Shown one piece after another: positions 52,771 through 64,000 of a stretch of DNA of 64,000 nt. How positions within the stretch are numbered: the stretch's first letter is position 1; every line of letters starts with the position of its first letter. This stretch comes from Naegleria gruberi (Eukaryota), in the NCBI GenBank assembly GCA_000004985.1, contig GG738922.1; one strand, given 5' to 3'. The position numbers and the translations under genes were made by a program. The notes beneath the pieces are model-generated. The model saw only the letters and a list, made by a program, of their open reading frames with translations. It was not told the DNA's origin and made no database searches.

Positions 52771-53232
52771 ATGATCAAGAATTACCTTTGCAAATTTCAC
52801 TTCTTTCTGTTGGTGTTGCTTCTCCTCCTCCTAGTGCTTCTATTAAGCTTTACCAGCAATGTTTCCTCACATATTGAAAGTAAGCCACTTCCAACCATCC
52901 AAATTATTTCGACTCATTGTACAACTCCATCCGATTGTTTGCATGGTAATCAGCAAGAGGATGAACAATTTATTGATCAGATGAATAATTTGCAAGGCAT
53001 ACTCGATCGATTGTTAAACTCTGCTTTTGCATTGGTGGAGAAATCAATAATGTTTCTTGAGAATGCCTTTTCCGTATTGATGAATGGAATCACACGAGTT
53101 TGCAACTGGATTTCTGCTGTTGTTTCTTGGATCTTGCAAGTTTTTGGAAATTTGATTAGAATAGTTACTACTCCGTTTGTTTGGTTTGCAACTGGTTTTG
53201 AGTTTGACATGGTCTCTCATGAGAACATTTAA
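52771..53232 (+). CDS. hypothetical secreted/membrane protein
   Basis: N-terminal hydrophobic poly-Leu signal-like segment. It may be an exon of a gene with 53257..53832. Confidence 0.2.
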   Translation: MIKNYLCKFHFFLLVLLLLLLVLLLSFTSNVSSHIESKPLPTIQIISTHCTTPSDCLHGNQQEDEQFIDQMNNLQGILDRLLNSAFALVEKSIMFLENAFSVLMNGITRVCNWISAVVSWILQVFGNLIRIVTTPFVWFATGFEFDMVSHENI

Positions 53233-53256
53233 CTATAGCCTTGTGCATCTTATGTA

Positions 53257-53832
53257 ATGGAGGTGCTTCTTGTTGGTGCCTTTTTGTTAGTTTACCACTT
53301 GGTCACTTTATTGTATGAATTGTCGTCCATATTGCGAATGTTCTATTGGAATATTAAGAATTTCGTATTCACGCCCTTATTTATCCAGTCCATGCTTGGA
53401 TTGTGCGTTGCTCTTGGTGCCATTCTTTCAAGGATAATATTTAATGAAATACTAGCTTACCAGGTGGAGATTGTGCCAGTCAAGAAAGAGTCCAAGGCAG
53501 AATCTGATGAAACATCATCATCCTGTTCTTCAGTTGAAGAATCATCTGTTTCACCAAACAAACAAGATGAAGCACAGAAAAAGATCAATAATTTGGTTGC
53601 AATTGCAAGAGCTGTTGTTTCTAAAGAGGAAGTTATTCTCTACGAGGATCTACTCCACTATGCATCAAACTGTTGGCCGCAACCAGAGCTTACCTTTGAT
53701 GAGGCAGTAAAATTTCTGTCAGATTTTCAAACAAAATCCTCTCCTGAAAACAGCACCAACACGTCCAAAGAAGAAATTGTTTCTAATTTGATTGAAGACT
53801 CTCAAACTCCTGCTTCTATTATTAAATACTAG
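53257..53832 (+). CDS. hypothetical membrane protein
   Basis: 191-aa ORF with two N-terminal hydrophobic helices and an acidic S-rich tail. Confidence 0.2.
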   Translation: MEVLLVGAFLLVYHLVTLLYELSSILRMFYWNIKNFVFTPLFIQSMLGLCVALGAILSRIIFNEILAYQVEIVPVKKESKAESDETSSSCSSVEESSVSPNKQDEAQKKINNLVAIARAVVSKEEVILYEDLLHYASNCWPQPELTFDEAVKFLSDFQTKSSPENSTNTSKEEIVSNLIEDSQTPASIIKY

Positions 53833-53885
53833 CTCTGTACTCTAAAATATCAATAAGAGTAAAAATCAATTAGTTGATGGTTATC

Positions 53886-54641
53886 TCATTTATGCTTAAA
53901 TTTTCCACCATTATGTTTGCGCTTTAATTTTGATGATTTAAAATCTGAACTTTTCTCCTTGCCAAACCAATAAAATAGAATACAGGGAGAAACAACTAAA
54001 CAAATTGCTCTCCATAAATCAAATCCCAAATAAGCCAATATTTCTCCAATTAAACTACATACAAAGACAGCACCTTTCCAACTGTTAAAACTGAATAGGC
54101 ATAATCCATTAATGAACTTAACCAATTTGAACTTGAATAGATAGTCCTTTACAATTGTAACTCTAGAAGCTACAAATTTAGATACAGTTATCATCAATGG
54201 AGGACTTTTCATAACATCTATACAATTCTCTTCTGGAAGCATTCCACAATCAGCATGTTCAAAACTTTTATCACACTTTTCTCTCTTAAGCAACTCACAA
54301 ACATTTCTACAAAGAAAAAATAAAGAAATTAATATTTGTTGATGTTCTGGGTTACATGGTGCACACAAAAGCTTTGGCACAATTGACATGCACAAATCTG
54401 AAGGCTTGGAATTACTAGTATGGTTCAGTTTCTTCCCGATATCATGGTCCTCAGTTGGAGAGCAGCATGAATTGTCTTGGAAATCTGGACAAGCTTTACA
54501 TTCAGGACACGGAGCTGGATATTGCTGTTGGCGAACACAAATCGGTTGTTTAACAGTTGTAGCTGTTGTGTCATCAGCTTGGTAATAGCCAATAACTGCC
54601 AACACAATGTAAACTGTGGTGAAGATTAAAAATTTGTTCAT
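53886..54641 (-). CDS. cysteine-rich secreted/membrane protein, hypothetical
   Basis: Probable start MNKFLIFTTVYIVLAVIGY (signal peptide). A Cys-rich ectodomain is followed by two C-terminal hydrophobic helices. The listed ORF extends 5' to 54776, which is probably UTR. Confidence 0.4.
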   Translation of the reverse strand: MNKFLIFTTVYIVLAVIGYYQADDTTATTVKQPICVRQQQYPAPCPECKACPDFQDNSCCSPTEDHDIGKKLNHTSNSKPSDLCMSIVPKLLCAPCNPEHQQILISLFFLCRNVCELLKREKCDKSFEHADCGMLPEENCIDVMKSPPLMITVSKFVASRVTIVKDYLFKFKLVKFINGLCLFSFNSWKGAVFVCSLIGEILAYLGFDLWRAICLVVSPCILFYWFGKEKSSDFKSSKLKRKHNGGKFKHK

Positions 54642-54861
54642 TTTTTTGCTAATAATAATTGAAATTCCAATAATTAAATGGTGAAACATTACAATGAATA
54701 AACTCCCAAAACGAAATTCTAATTGACATACATGCATATCTCTACTTAGCAATATCAGGAGATTGAAAACCATCACATACCATCATATTGTGCACATTCC
54801 AACTAAGAACTATGCAATAAGAATCACTACGATTTCTTGTTATCTCAAGCAACATTAAAAA

Positions 54862-57406
54862 ATGACAAAAGTCACCCCAGAACCAATACTAGAAGAGAAA
54901 AAGACAGGACTAGAACAATTACTTCAAGAAGAAGAGACCTCAAGTCAAGTAGAAGTAAAGGAAACGAGAGAACGTAATGTCTTTCTCAAATTTATCCTCA
55001 GTATTAGATTATTCCTAATTGCAATGATTACATTGGTTGTCTTATTGACAGCTATTTCAATTTGGGTTACTGCCTATACAATGAATGAGCAAGCAGCATT
55101 AGAACAAGTTGATGTAATTATTGCTAACATGAATCAAAAGATTTCTTCCTTTGTAAATAGTCAATTACTTCCTGCTAAATATGTTGCAGATTCCATGGTC
55201 AATGATTACTATAATGGCTATATTGATATGGTAGATACCATTCGACCATACATATTTGAACGAATTAAAACATTTGGTGTTACTGTCGCTAATCTGTGTT
55301 TTGGTGAGGGAGGTAACAATGCACTATTTGCCTACTCTGTTACTGCTGATGGAAATGTTGTCTTTGTAACAAAGAGACAGAATGAAAGATTCATCATGTA
55401 TAAGGCAAATATCACTAATGGTGAATACTACCTTGACAAGGTGACAACCAATATTACCTATACTGTTTCTACTACCGATTACTATTCAGAATCTGTTGCA
55501 CTAATGAAGAAATATCCAACTGGAGCTTTTGGAGCACCATACAAAGGTAAGTTGCAACATGCAATGTATTTCTTTAACATGTTTGATAATTACAGTAATT
55601 AATGGTCCTCAATCAACCTATTGGAGTACTCCTGTCTATAACAGGACAGAGCTTCCTGAGAAGAAGAATAGAATTGGTTTTGCCAAGATTAATATTTCTC
55701 TGGCTGCAATTGCTCAATTTTTGGCCAATGTTAAAGTTCTAGAACGTGGCTTTGTAATCATCTCAGAATATGACAATGATTATGTCATTGGCAGCTCCTT
55801 GAAAATCTCAGGAATTGAAGATAAAAGAATCAAGGCAACTAATATTACCACAAGAAGTGCTGGCTCAGTAATGGCCAAACTGCTAAAATATCAAAAAGAT
55901 AACCAAATCAATAATACTGAAAGTATTGCCACCATTTTAACAAGTGATGATGGTGAACAATTCTTGGTTTCCTCTTCTCCTTACTCTTTTTACAATTTGC
56001 AATGGAGAATGACCCTTGTGTTTGATGATACTGAAATCAAGAAGGGAATTATTCAAAGTAGTTATGTCATTCTTGGTGTTTCACTAGGTGTTGCTGCATT
56101 GGGTATTATTGTGAGTGTCATTATTGGTTGGTCTGTCACAAGTCCATTCATCAAACTGCAACAAGATTTCAAAAAGATTGAAATTCTAGATCTTATTTCT
56201 ATCAAACCTAGATCATCCATATTCAGTGAGGCTAACTCTATCTATTCCAGTTTAACTGAAACAGTTCGTTGGTTAAGTGAAATTAGAGCTTTCATTCCAG
56301 ATTCTATTCTAAACCAATTAGAAATAACAAAACTCATGAAAGAAGGTGAGAAGAAGGAATCTTATGAACCAGGTCTATCATTCAAAGCAAGTAACCATAG
56401 TATGCAAAAGACAAATGGTGAATCAAAGAGTAATTTGTCTCAATCATCAGATGGTCATTCCAAGATTTCAAAACATGATGCTCATGCAGCAAATAACATG
56501 TTCAAAATAGGTCTTTCCACAAAGGACTGCTCTATCATTTACATGACAGTTCCAAATCTTGATGAAGAAAGCTATGAATATGAATCAGGTTTGCTTTCCA
56601 GCTTGATTTCCAAAGCTCTTACTTCCATCAGTACTATTTGTAAGACCTGCAAAGCTGATTTCCAAATCAAGAGTTATAATGAATTTATCATTGTCTTTAC
56701 CGATAAGAATCCATCTGTAACTGCCTTGGAAACCTCCCTCAAAATTGTAACCCTATTGAATTCATTGAATGAAACAATAGCCAAAGATGGACATCCAAGA
56801 ATTAAGATGTGTGCCTCTATTACTAGTGGCAGTACCATCATGGGTAACGTTGGCAGTAAGCAAATGCGGTACTTTGCAATGGTTGGCCCAGTTGTGAATA
56901 GAGCTAAAGAATTGAATGATTTCTGTAACTTGCTAGATGTTTCAGTGGTGTGTGATCATGTTACAAAACAAAAAGCCAAAGATTCCTTCATATTTAGACC
57001 TGTTGAGAGAACCATTGGAGAGCATCATCACATTCAAACTGTCTATCAACTCGTTAAACGTTCCCAAGTACAAGATGATGAATGGCTCTATGAATTAGAA
57101 CAGAAGAAAGCCAATGCCAAATTTGATGAATTCCAAGCTGATTTTAACAAGATTTTCGAGAATGAAACACTCACAGACTCTGATATGGAATTGGTTCTTG
57201 CACATCTTGTTGAATCGAGTCAAAGTTCTCCAAATGATATGGTCATCAAGAGGCTTGAACAATTACTTTCGGAGAGCAAGCTGAAGAGAGAACACCAATT
57301 TAAAAATTATTACACAACTGTTGGGAAGCAATTTGTGAGTTACATGAGGCCGGGTGAGCCTATCCAATCCATGACCTACCAGAGAGAAGAAGAAGAAGAT
57401 CTTTAA
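54862..57406 (+). CDS. single-pass receptor-like protein with class III nucleotidyl cyclase homology domain (possibly catalytically degenerate; 2 exons)
   Basis: Exons are 54862..55546 and 55596..57406, with a GTAAGT donor in phase 1. TM helices lie near residues 50-75 and in the middle of the protein. The C-terminal domain HPRIKMCASITSGSTIMGNVGSKQMRYFAMVGPVVNRAKELNDF matches the RIGIHxGxVxxGxxGxxRxxYxxxGxxVNxAxRxE cyclase core. The first metal-Asp position reads MTVPN rather than FxDIxGFT. Confidence 0.5.
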
Positions 57407-57515
57407 TCATCATCACAATGATGAAAAGTTGAAATATTTTTTGTTGTTTTGATTTTTATTAAATTTTGATTTTTATTAAATTTTGATGTGAGTGTGGGAA
57501 ACACATTTATTGAAT

Positions 57516-58205
57516 TTAGAAAGCAAAGAACAACAAGGCAACCAAAGCAAGAACAAAGAAGGAGACTTTCATTGTGGCACAATTGTTTGCAGTAGTAATG
57601 GTAGTACTATTAGAGGAAGACGGATTGGTAGATATCTTATTGCATTGAACCTTAACCTTGTAACCATCAACACAGAGTCCATTAGTATCAGGCAATGCCT
57701 TTTCACCAGTGGTACAAGCAGTATCAGTATAAGCCTTAAGGTTTCCACATCCATAGATCTTGAGAGCCCTGAAATCAAAGAAGATAACTTTGCTAGCAAC
57801 AGAGCTCAAAGCATCTGGAAGAGTTGGCATTTGAATACATACAGAAGAATCGAGGTTATCACTAACACTGAATACGGCAGAAATCTTAGCACCATCAGAT
57901 GAAGAACAAGTAGCATCAGATGGACCATAATAGCTAATCATGGCAGTACCAGTTGGTGCTTCAGCAGGCATAGTCTTTTCAGCACAACTAGGCTTGACGG
58001 TCAAGCTACCAAGAGAAGAACAAGAAAGATCAGTACAAACTGGATCTAGGAGAGGAATCTTTGTATTAAGGGTAACATTACCAATAACATCACTTGAACA
58101 ATCAGAGGTCTTGTAAATCGCAAAGCGTTCATTACCAGAACCTAAGGCCAAAACATATTGGAGGGAGACCAATCCCAAGAAGAGAGCAATGATAACTGAT
58201 TTCAT
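57516..58205 (-). CDS. secreted Cys-containing surface protein with C-terminal GPI-anchor-like signal
   Basis: Signal peptide MKSVIIALFLGLVSLQYVLALG. S/T/C-rich body. C-terminal hydrophobic tail VSFFVLALVALLFFAF preceded by small residues (an omega-site-like region). Confidence 0.5.
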   Translation of the reverse strand: MKSVIIALFLGLVSLQYVLALGSGNERFAIYKTSDCSSDVIGNVTLNTKIPLLDPVCTDLSCSSLGSLTVKPSCAEKTMPAEAPTGTAMISYYGPSDATCSSSDGAKISAVFSVSDNLDSSVCIQMPTLPDALSSVASKVIFFDFRALKIYGCGNLKAYTDTACTTGEKALPDTNGLCVDGYKVKVQCNKISTNPSSSNSTTITTANNCATMKVSFFVLALVALLFFAF

Positions 58206-58490
58206 TGTTGTGTTAGTTTTGTTTTTGCTTGGCTTTTTTACGATCTTCAAGAAAAAGCAGCTGATGAATTCCGGTTTCGCCAACAGGCATTGACTACAAA
58301 AGCGAAATAGCATTCTCCAACGTAGTTACCGTATAGTTGAGTATACCATCAGTTATTCCCATCACAAATAACATCTAAAAGAACATAATGTTTTTCTAAA
58401 AAGCTTGTCTTGGATAATTACTGGCTATTCAAGTAATGTGTTTTAAGATAGATGATGATTTGATTTGTCTTTCACATTTTGATAAGATGC

Positions 58491-58610
58491 ATGGCTACGG
58501 CCATATCACGATGAATGCACCTCATCCCGTCCGATTTGAGAAGTTAAGCATCGTCGAGCCACATCAGTACTGAGGTTGGAGACAACTTGGGAACCTGTGG
58601 TGCTGTAGTC
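58491..58610 (+). rRNA. 5S ribosomal RNA
   Basis: ATGGCTACGGCCATATCAC...CATCCCGTCCGATTTGAGAAGTTAAGC...GGTTGGAGACAAC...GGTGCTGTAGTC. This is 120 nt. Helix I forms by 5'/3' pairing. It is immediately followed by a TTTTTT Pol III terminator. Confidence 0.8.
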
Positions 58611-58616
58611 TTTTTT
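58611..58616 (+). terminator. Pol III oligo-T terminator of 5S gene
   Basis: T6 run directly after the 5S 3' end. Confidence 0.7.
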
Positions 58617-59165
58617 CTAAGAGGCAGTTAGGTCATCGGTCATCTGTTACAAATCTTTCATTTCATAAAAGTTAAACATTTTTCAATCGTTGACTTTTCA
58701 TCAATTTCACTCTTGGTTGAATTGTTGCACTCGAACGATTTAATTTCTGTTTAACTGTTTTTACAGTGGCAGCAACTTGAACCTTTTCCTTAACATTGGT
58801 TTCGTTTGGACAATACAAGAAACTTTTTGTTCGAACCTTTTCCCATTCTCATTTCTTCATAGGTTTTGATAATTTCATCACTGAATTGACAATAAGCATC
58901 ATTTTGATTAGATATGTGAAAGAAAATATTACATTTCACAAATCAAAAAACCTATGGAAGAGAATAATCTATAACAGTTTAGGGGAACAACTGCACTAGA
59001 TTTTTTCTATGCGCACGGTAAAATTTCATAATGACGACAAAGTGCGTCCCTAGAAGCACAATCTTTTCACTAATTGTATTCTGGGATAATGATTGAAAAA
59101 TTATTTCTTCCATCTATTAAAACAAAAATAAACACTATTAAACTAGCTCAAAAAAAATTGGCAAG

Positions 59166-60900
59166 ATGGATGAAAGTACACCTCTCACATCAAGTAAACT
59201 ACACACGGTAAAGAATAATCCAATTGTTACTTCCTTTCTGAAGGCAAAAACTTGGTATCAATCAGAAAGATTGAGAAAGTTGCGAAGATGGGCTGCTTTG
59301 ATAGTTGGCTCGGTAATGATGATAGCAGCTGGAACTCAATATGCCTTCTCTTCTATCGGTCCTTCAATTAAACAGTAAGTTTACATGTCATTAATCATTT
59401 AACATGTTGGCATGGCATGCTGTTAGACAATTTCATTTGACTCAATATGAAGTGAATTTAATTGGAACAGCAACAAATATTGGTTCTACCACAGGAATTT
59501 TGTTTTCATTGATTAATGACTTTATTGGACCAAGAGTTTGTAGCTTGGCAGCTGGAATTGTCTTGTTTGGGTCTTATTTCATCATGTCATTGACAGTTTC
59601 AGGTGCCATTCCAGAAGCAGGAAATTATATTGCCATGTCTGCATTCATGTTTCTTGTTGGCAACAGCAGTGGTGGTGCTTATATTGGTAAGTTTGAATTT
59701 CACTGAAGATTACTGACATTTCTCAAGCTTCCTTGACCACAAGTGTAAAGAATTTCCCTGAAAAGGACAGAGGCCTAGTTGTTGGCCTTCTCTCCTCCTT
59801 CTTTGGTATTAGTAGTGCCATCTTTTCGTTATGTTTCTCAGTCGTTTTCAGACAATCTTTGCCAGTTTACATGTTTTTCTGTGCAATCTTTGGCGGCGTT
59901 GCAGTGATCATTCTTGGAACAATCTTTCTCGATAATAATTCATCATCTGAAAAGAAGGATACTACTCCAATAGTTGTGAAAGAAGTAGAATCAAATACTG
60001 AAACAGTTTCCATTAATAGTAATCTAGCAGATGAGACAACTGGACTTGTTGTGGAAAAGGAAGAAGGTTTACAAGTTCTATCAGAGGAAGAAATTAAGGA
60101 AAAGTTGGCTCAGGATCAGATTGAGAATATCAATAGCTGGAGAATGTTAATCTCCTTCGATTTTTGGTTGATTTTCATAATAATCTTCTTGTCAATTGGA
60201 TCAGGAATAACAATTGTGAATAATTTGGGATCTATTGTACTTGCCTATGGAGGGTACAATGGGCAACAAACTCCTATCGTAATTACCTTTTCAATTTCTA
60301 ATTGTCTTGGAAGATTGGTGTTTGGTTGGTTGAGCGACAAGTTCTTTTCTCCTAAAAAGGGAATTACAAGAATGTTCTTCTTGGCACTCTGTATTATTAT
60401 CATGTCCATTTCCTTATTACTATTTGCATTTGTTCCAATTCCTGGTTTTTATCCATTAATTATCATTATGGGAGTAAGTAATTTTTAAAAGCATTCATTC
60501 TAATATTTTCCAAATAATTAAGCTTTGCTATGGAGGAATTCTCTCAGTGGGTCCAACCTACAATAGTGAAAGATTTGGTCCAAAATACTTTGGATTGAAC
60601 TCTACTTTACAATTAGTCGCAACTAGTCTTGGCTCTTATGCATTCTCCACTGGAATGGCTGGTTCCATCTATCAAATGAATATCATTCCACCAAGGACTA
60701 GAACATGTCATGGCAAAGAATGTTACTTGTTGACGTTTTACATCTTGTCTGGATTGTGTGTTGTTGCCTTGTTGCTATCTCTGGTGTTACATAAGAGAAG
60801 TTTGGGTCTCTATTTCAAAATTGGAAGAAGAAGAAAGTATTTGGCCATGTTGGAGAAGATTAATGTTGAGAAGAGGAAGCAAAAGATGAATCAGGCTTAG
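59166..60900 (+). CDS. nodulin-like/MFS family transporter (4 exons)
   Basis: Exons are 59166..59374, 59427..59686, 59728..60473 and 60523..60900. Summed length is 1593 nt, which is in frame, and all introns have GTAAGT donors. Twelve hydrophobic helices. Nodulin-like motifs VKNFPEKDRGLVVGLLSSFFGISSAI and LCYGGILSVGPTYNSERFGPKYFG. Confidence 0.75.
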
Positions 60901-60969
60901 AAAATAGCTTAATGGAATGTTCCATGATTTGATGAGCTCAAATTGATTCCAATAAATTATTTGTTCAAA

Positions 60970-61893
60970 TTATTTGTATATTATTATTTGATCTGGATAA
61001 CAGACTAATAGTTCACCACTGAATTGATCTAGACAAATTCCTGAACAATCTTCAACGCAATCCACTTGTTGTACTTTTTCTAATTTTTTTGAATCCAATA
61101 CTATAATGCCATCACTACTATATATTATTCTTTGGTTGGCTTCATCCATAATTATTTCATAGGCTTTCCAGCCCATTTCTATTCCATTCAAAAACTTTAA
61201 AACATTTCTTCCCTCCCCAAATAACTTCTCATCAATTTCATAAAGTGATACACTTTTACCTCCAACCACTAAAGTATTTCCAATAATTTCCAAACAAGAA
61301 GCATCCTTAGGTACTGTAAATATTGTATCCTTAATTGTCTCTCCAGTTTTACAATCAAATAAATGGACAGACGAAGAAATGCCATGATTCAATACGGCCA
61401 TATATCTCTTTGACTTTCCATTATATACTGCAAATCCATACGGATTAGAAACACAACTTTCCGAAGTCCAAATAGGTTCATCCACAATCAAACCCTCCCT
61501 TTCCAGAATCAATCCCAATCGAAACTTCTTCGTACAATAACCACCAGACATACTCTGCACAACATACATCTCATCATGCTCATCATCCAATATACAAAAT
61601 ATATTTCCATCAAATTCAATACTTTTTCTAAATTCTCTAGTCATTCTATCAAATATATAAATTCGTGTTTCGGAAATTCCGAACACACATTCATACCGAT
61701 AGGAAATTATTACTTCATAAATTGTATCTTTTGTGTTTGTCTTTAAAAATCCAAATTGTTTAAATTCATAAGAAAATGGAATTTTAAAGTTTCGGAATTT
61801 TTTCAAGAGAAATTCATGATGAGTTGAAGTCATTGGTTGGAAATCGGTTAGGAAGAGCTTAACCGGGTTTTCTTGGTCTTGATATTGTTTCAT
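60970..61893 (-). CDS. hypothetical protein (possible beta-propeller-like)
   Basis: 307-aa ORF with no diagnostic motif. Confidence 0.3.
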   Translation of the reverse strand: MKQYQDQENPVKLFLTDFQPMTSTHHEFLLKKFRNFKIPFSYEFKQFGFLKTNTKDTIYEVIISYRYECVFGISETRIYIFDRMTREFRKSIEFDGNIFCILDDEHDEMYVVQSMSGGYCTKKFRLGLILEREGLIVDEPIWTSESCVSNPYGFAVYNGKSKRYMAVLNHGISSSVHLFDCKTGETIKDTIFTVPKDASCLEIIGNTLVVGGKSVSLYEIDEKLFGEGRNVLKFLNGIEMGWKAYEIIMDEANQRIIYSSDGIIVLDSKKLEKVQQVDCVEDCSGICLDQFSGELLVCYPDQIIIYK

Positions 61894-62288
61894 TTTTTTT
61901 ACATTACAATTTTAATATAAAAATAAATTGAAATGGTAAGTTAAATATTTTACAAAATTTGTTGTAAAGAGATTTGGCGCCAATTGAAGAGTTTGAGAGT
62001 GCAATTTCGAGTTGTTGATTGTGAGGAAGTTACAAAATTCCACTTGCTAAATTTGGTGAAATAATTCACACTATTACCCTTTGGTGAACATAAAAGTTCC
62101 TGAATGTATTCGAAATGAGACGAAAGTGCATCATTCAATCGCTTTGTTTACTTCGGTAACAAAATAAAGTATTGTAATTGTTTACCCAAACTTTTTGATA
62201 GTACCATTCTTGAACCTCAAAGTTCCCTTTGGATATTGACAATAAATGTTATTCGATTTTTTAGACGAAATACACATTATTAAAAAAA

Positions 62289-63963
62289 ATGATCAAGACA
62301 CTCATATGTGTATTGTTGCTATTGTTTATTACCAGTAGTGCTGTTATCAGTGCTGCTCCAAAACCAAGCTTTTCTATTGGAAGAATTCTTGATAATATTC
62401 CATTTTAGTAAGTAAAAGTTATTCGAAAGATCTGTTTCTTACACATGTTTTAATCTACCAGCATGCCTGCCAGTACAACCCAAGATTCTGAGGGAAACCT
62501 CTTTATTGCTGATACTGGCTACAATGTTATTCGAAAGATTGATACCAACAACGTTGCTACAATCTTTGCAGGAATTCAAAGTATGCAAGGAGCTTATTCT
62601 GGAGATGGTGGTCCTCCAACAGGTATTAAAATGTTTTCTCCATATTACATGGCATTTGCTTCTAATGGAGATTTGTACTGGACAGAATCGAATAATTGTA
62701 TTATCAGAAAGTATTCTAAAGTTGATGGAATAGTTACCACAATCGCTGGTATTGCCCTCCAATGTGCAGACGGTGGCGATGGTGGATTGGCAAGTGTTGC
62801 AACTTTGAGAAATCCAACTGGTTTGACATTTACTGCAAATGGTGATTTGTTGGTTGCTACTTCACTTTCTATTAGAAAGATTGATGTAAATGGAATCATT
62901 ACTACTCTTACATACCCAAATCCTCCAAATGAATGTGATTATAGTGGAGATGGTGGCTTGGCATCCAACGCCAGAGTCTGGTAAGTTTTTTTTTGACAAC
63001 TTGGCAATTGACATTTTCCATAGTGGACCTCAAGCTCTTCTCTACCACGCTCCAACAGGTGACATTTACTGGGCCGAGTACGGAACTAACCGTATCAGAA
63101 AAATCACATCTTCTACCAATATTATTTCCACAGTTGCAGGCACAGTCATCTATTTAGGATATTCAGGTGATAATGGACCTGCAAATCAAGCTCAATTATC
63201 AGGTCCGTATGGAATGGTAATCGATAAAGCTGGAAATCTTTACTTTACAGAAGTTTGGGGAATGAGAATTAGATTTGTGAGTGCTCAATCTGGAAATATT
63301 TCAACAATTGCTGGAAATGGACAAAATGGATTCAGTGGAGATGGAGGTGATCCATTGAATGCTGCTCTTGTAAGTTTTTATTTTTGAAGTTGAATATTAA
63401 GAAGAATAATTGGTCAATTAGGGTTATGTCAGTGGAATTTCTCAATTGAATGATGGATCTTTGATCTTTACTAGTCAAAATAGTGTTGTGAGAAAGTTGG
63501 GTCCAAGTTGTTCTAATGGAATGGTTTACAATAAGAATAATGGTGGATGTGAATGTCCAACTGGTTACAAATTCACACCAGATCAAAGTGCTTGTGAAGT
63601 GGTTTGCGCATGGCCAAATGGCGTTGTCAATGGTCCAACTCCAATAGTTTCGTCCAATTTATTGGCCAATGGAATTGAATTGTCTGTCAAATTTGCAAGA
63701 ACTGATGCTACAAGTTATGCTCATGTTATGAAAATTGGCAGTTTCAATTTCAATGCTGCTAGTTGTGTCTTGTCTGGAAGTGAAATTGCTCTCACTTTGA
63801 CAAATAGTTCAAGTTGTACTGATTCGTATACAACTGGATTGATTAGTTTCGATTCTCTAATTGCAAATCCATCAGTTTCTCAAGTTATTTCTGGAGGAAA
63901 GTTAAAGTTGACCATTCCATTTTCCACACATTATTTTGATTCCACAGGAATTAACAATGGAGG
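62289..63963 (+). CDS. secreted NHL-repeat (six-bladed beta-propeller) protein, 3'-partial (4 exons; runs into gap)
   Basis: Exons are 62289..62407 (signal peptide MIKTLICVLLLLFITSSAVISA), 62462..62980, 63024..63369, and 63432..63963. All have GTAAGT donors and are phase-consistent. NHL blades include NLFIADTGYNVIRKID, GDLYWTESNNCIIRKYS, GDIYWAEYGTNRIRKIT and GNLYFTEVWGMRIRFVS. The frame is open to the N-run at 63964. Confidence 0.7.
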
Positions 63964-64000
63964 NNNNNNNNNNNNNNNNNNNNNNNNNNNNNNNNNNNNN

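Noticed and set aside
54642-54776. 5' extension of ORF 53886..54776 (MMVFNLLILLSRDMHV...).
   Set aside because: A downstream Met starts a textbook signal peptide (MNKFLIFTTVYIVLA), so the extension is likely UTR.
58206-58313. 5' extension of ORF 57516..58313 (MLFRFCSQCLLAKPEF...).
   Set aside because: An internal Met at 58205 begins a canonical signal peptide, so the upstream part is probably UTR.
1-64000. Search for CRISPR arrays, transposase or reverse-transcriptase ORFs, LTRs and inverted terminal repeats.
   Set aside because: I saw no regularly spaced direct repeats with unique spacers, no transposase, integrase or RT motifs (no DDE or YxDD signatures), and no long terminal repeats. The only repeats are coding microsatellites and the in-gene tandem duplication.

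Overview
The window is a gene-dense eukaryotic nuclear scaffold that I infer to be from a dictyostelid social amoeba such as Polysphondylium, Heterostelium or Cavenderia. The basis is AT-rich DNA, short introns with GTAAGT donors and AG acceptors, poly-Asn and poly-Gln tracts, and mostly single-exon genes with short intergenic spacers. It contains two assembly gaps (N runs at 33248-33527 and 63964-64000). There is no prokaryotic operon structure, CRISPR array, transposase or reverse transcriptase. I called about 35 protein-coding genes, of which I resolved the exon-intron structure for nine. The better-supported calls are a GPS/7TM adhesion-type GPCR fused to an RGS domain, a T4 Rnl1-type RNA ligase, a KCTD-type BTB protein carrying a PABP MLLE domain, a 2273-aa alpha-2-macroglobulin/TEP-like protein, ALDH3, a PHB-depolymerase-like esterase, a SHAQKYF Myb factor, three F-box/LRR proteins, a chromodomain protein with (S/T)PSE repeats interrupted by the gap, a Cdh1/Fizzy APC/C coactivator, a kinesin-14, an ABCB half-transporter, a cyclase-homology receptor, a nodulin-like MFS transporter and an NHL-repeat secreted protein. 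Pol III genes are a tRNA-Leu(CAA), a tRNA-Asn(GTT) and a solitary 5S rRNA, each followed by an oligo-T terminator. The most interesting region is a compact same-strand cluster (5.5-10 kb) holding a papain/C39-like peptidase-like ORF, an orphan ORF, the phage-type Rnl1 RNA ligase and the BTB-MLLE fusion. Other candidate bacterial- or phage-type domains in the window are DUF4326 and the esterase. I could not run any searches, so every homology call rests on motifs I recognised by eye.
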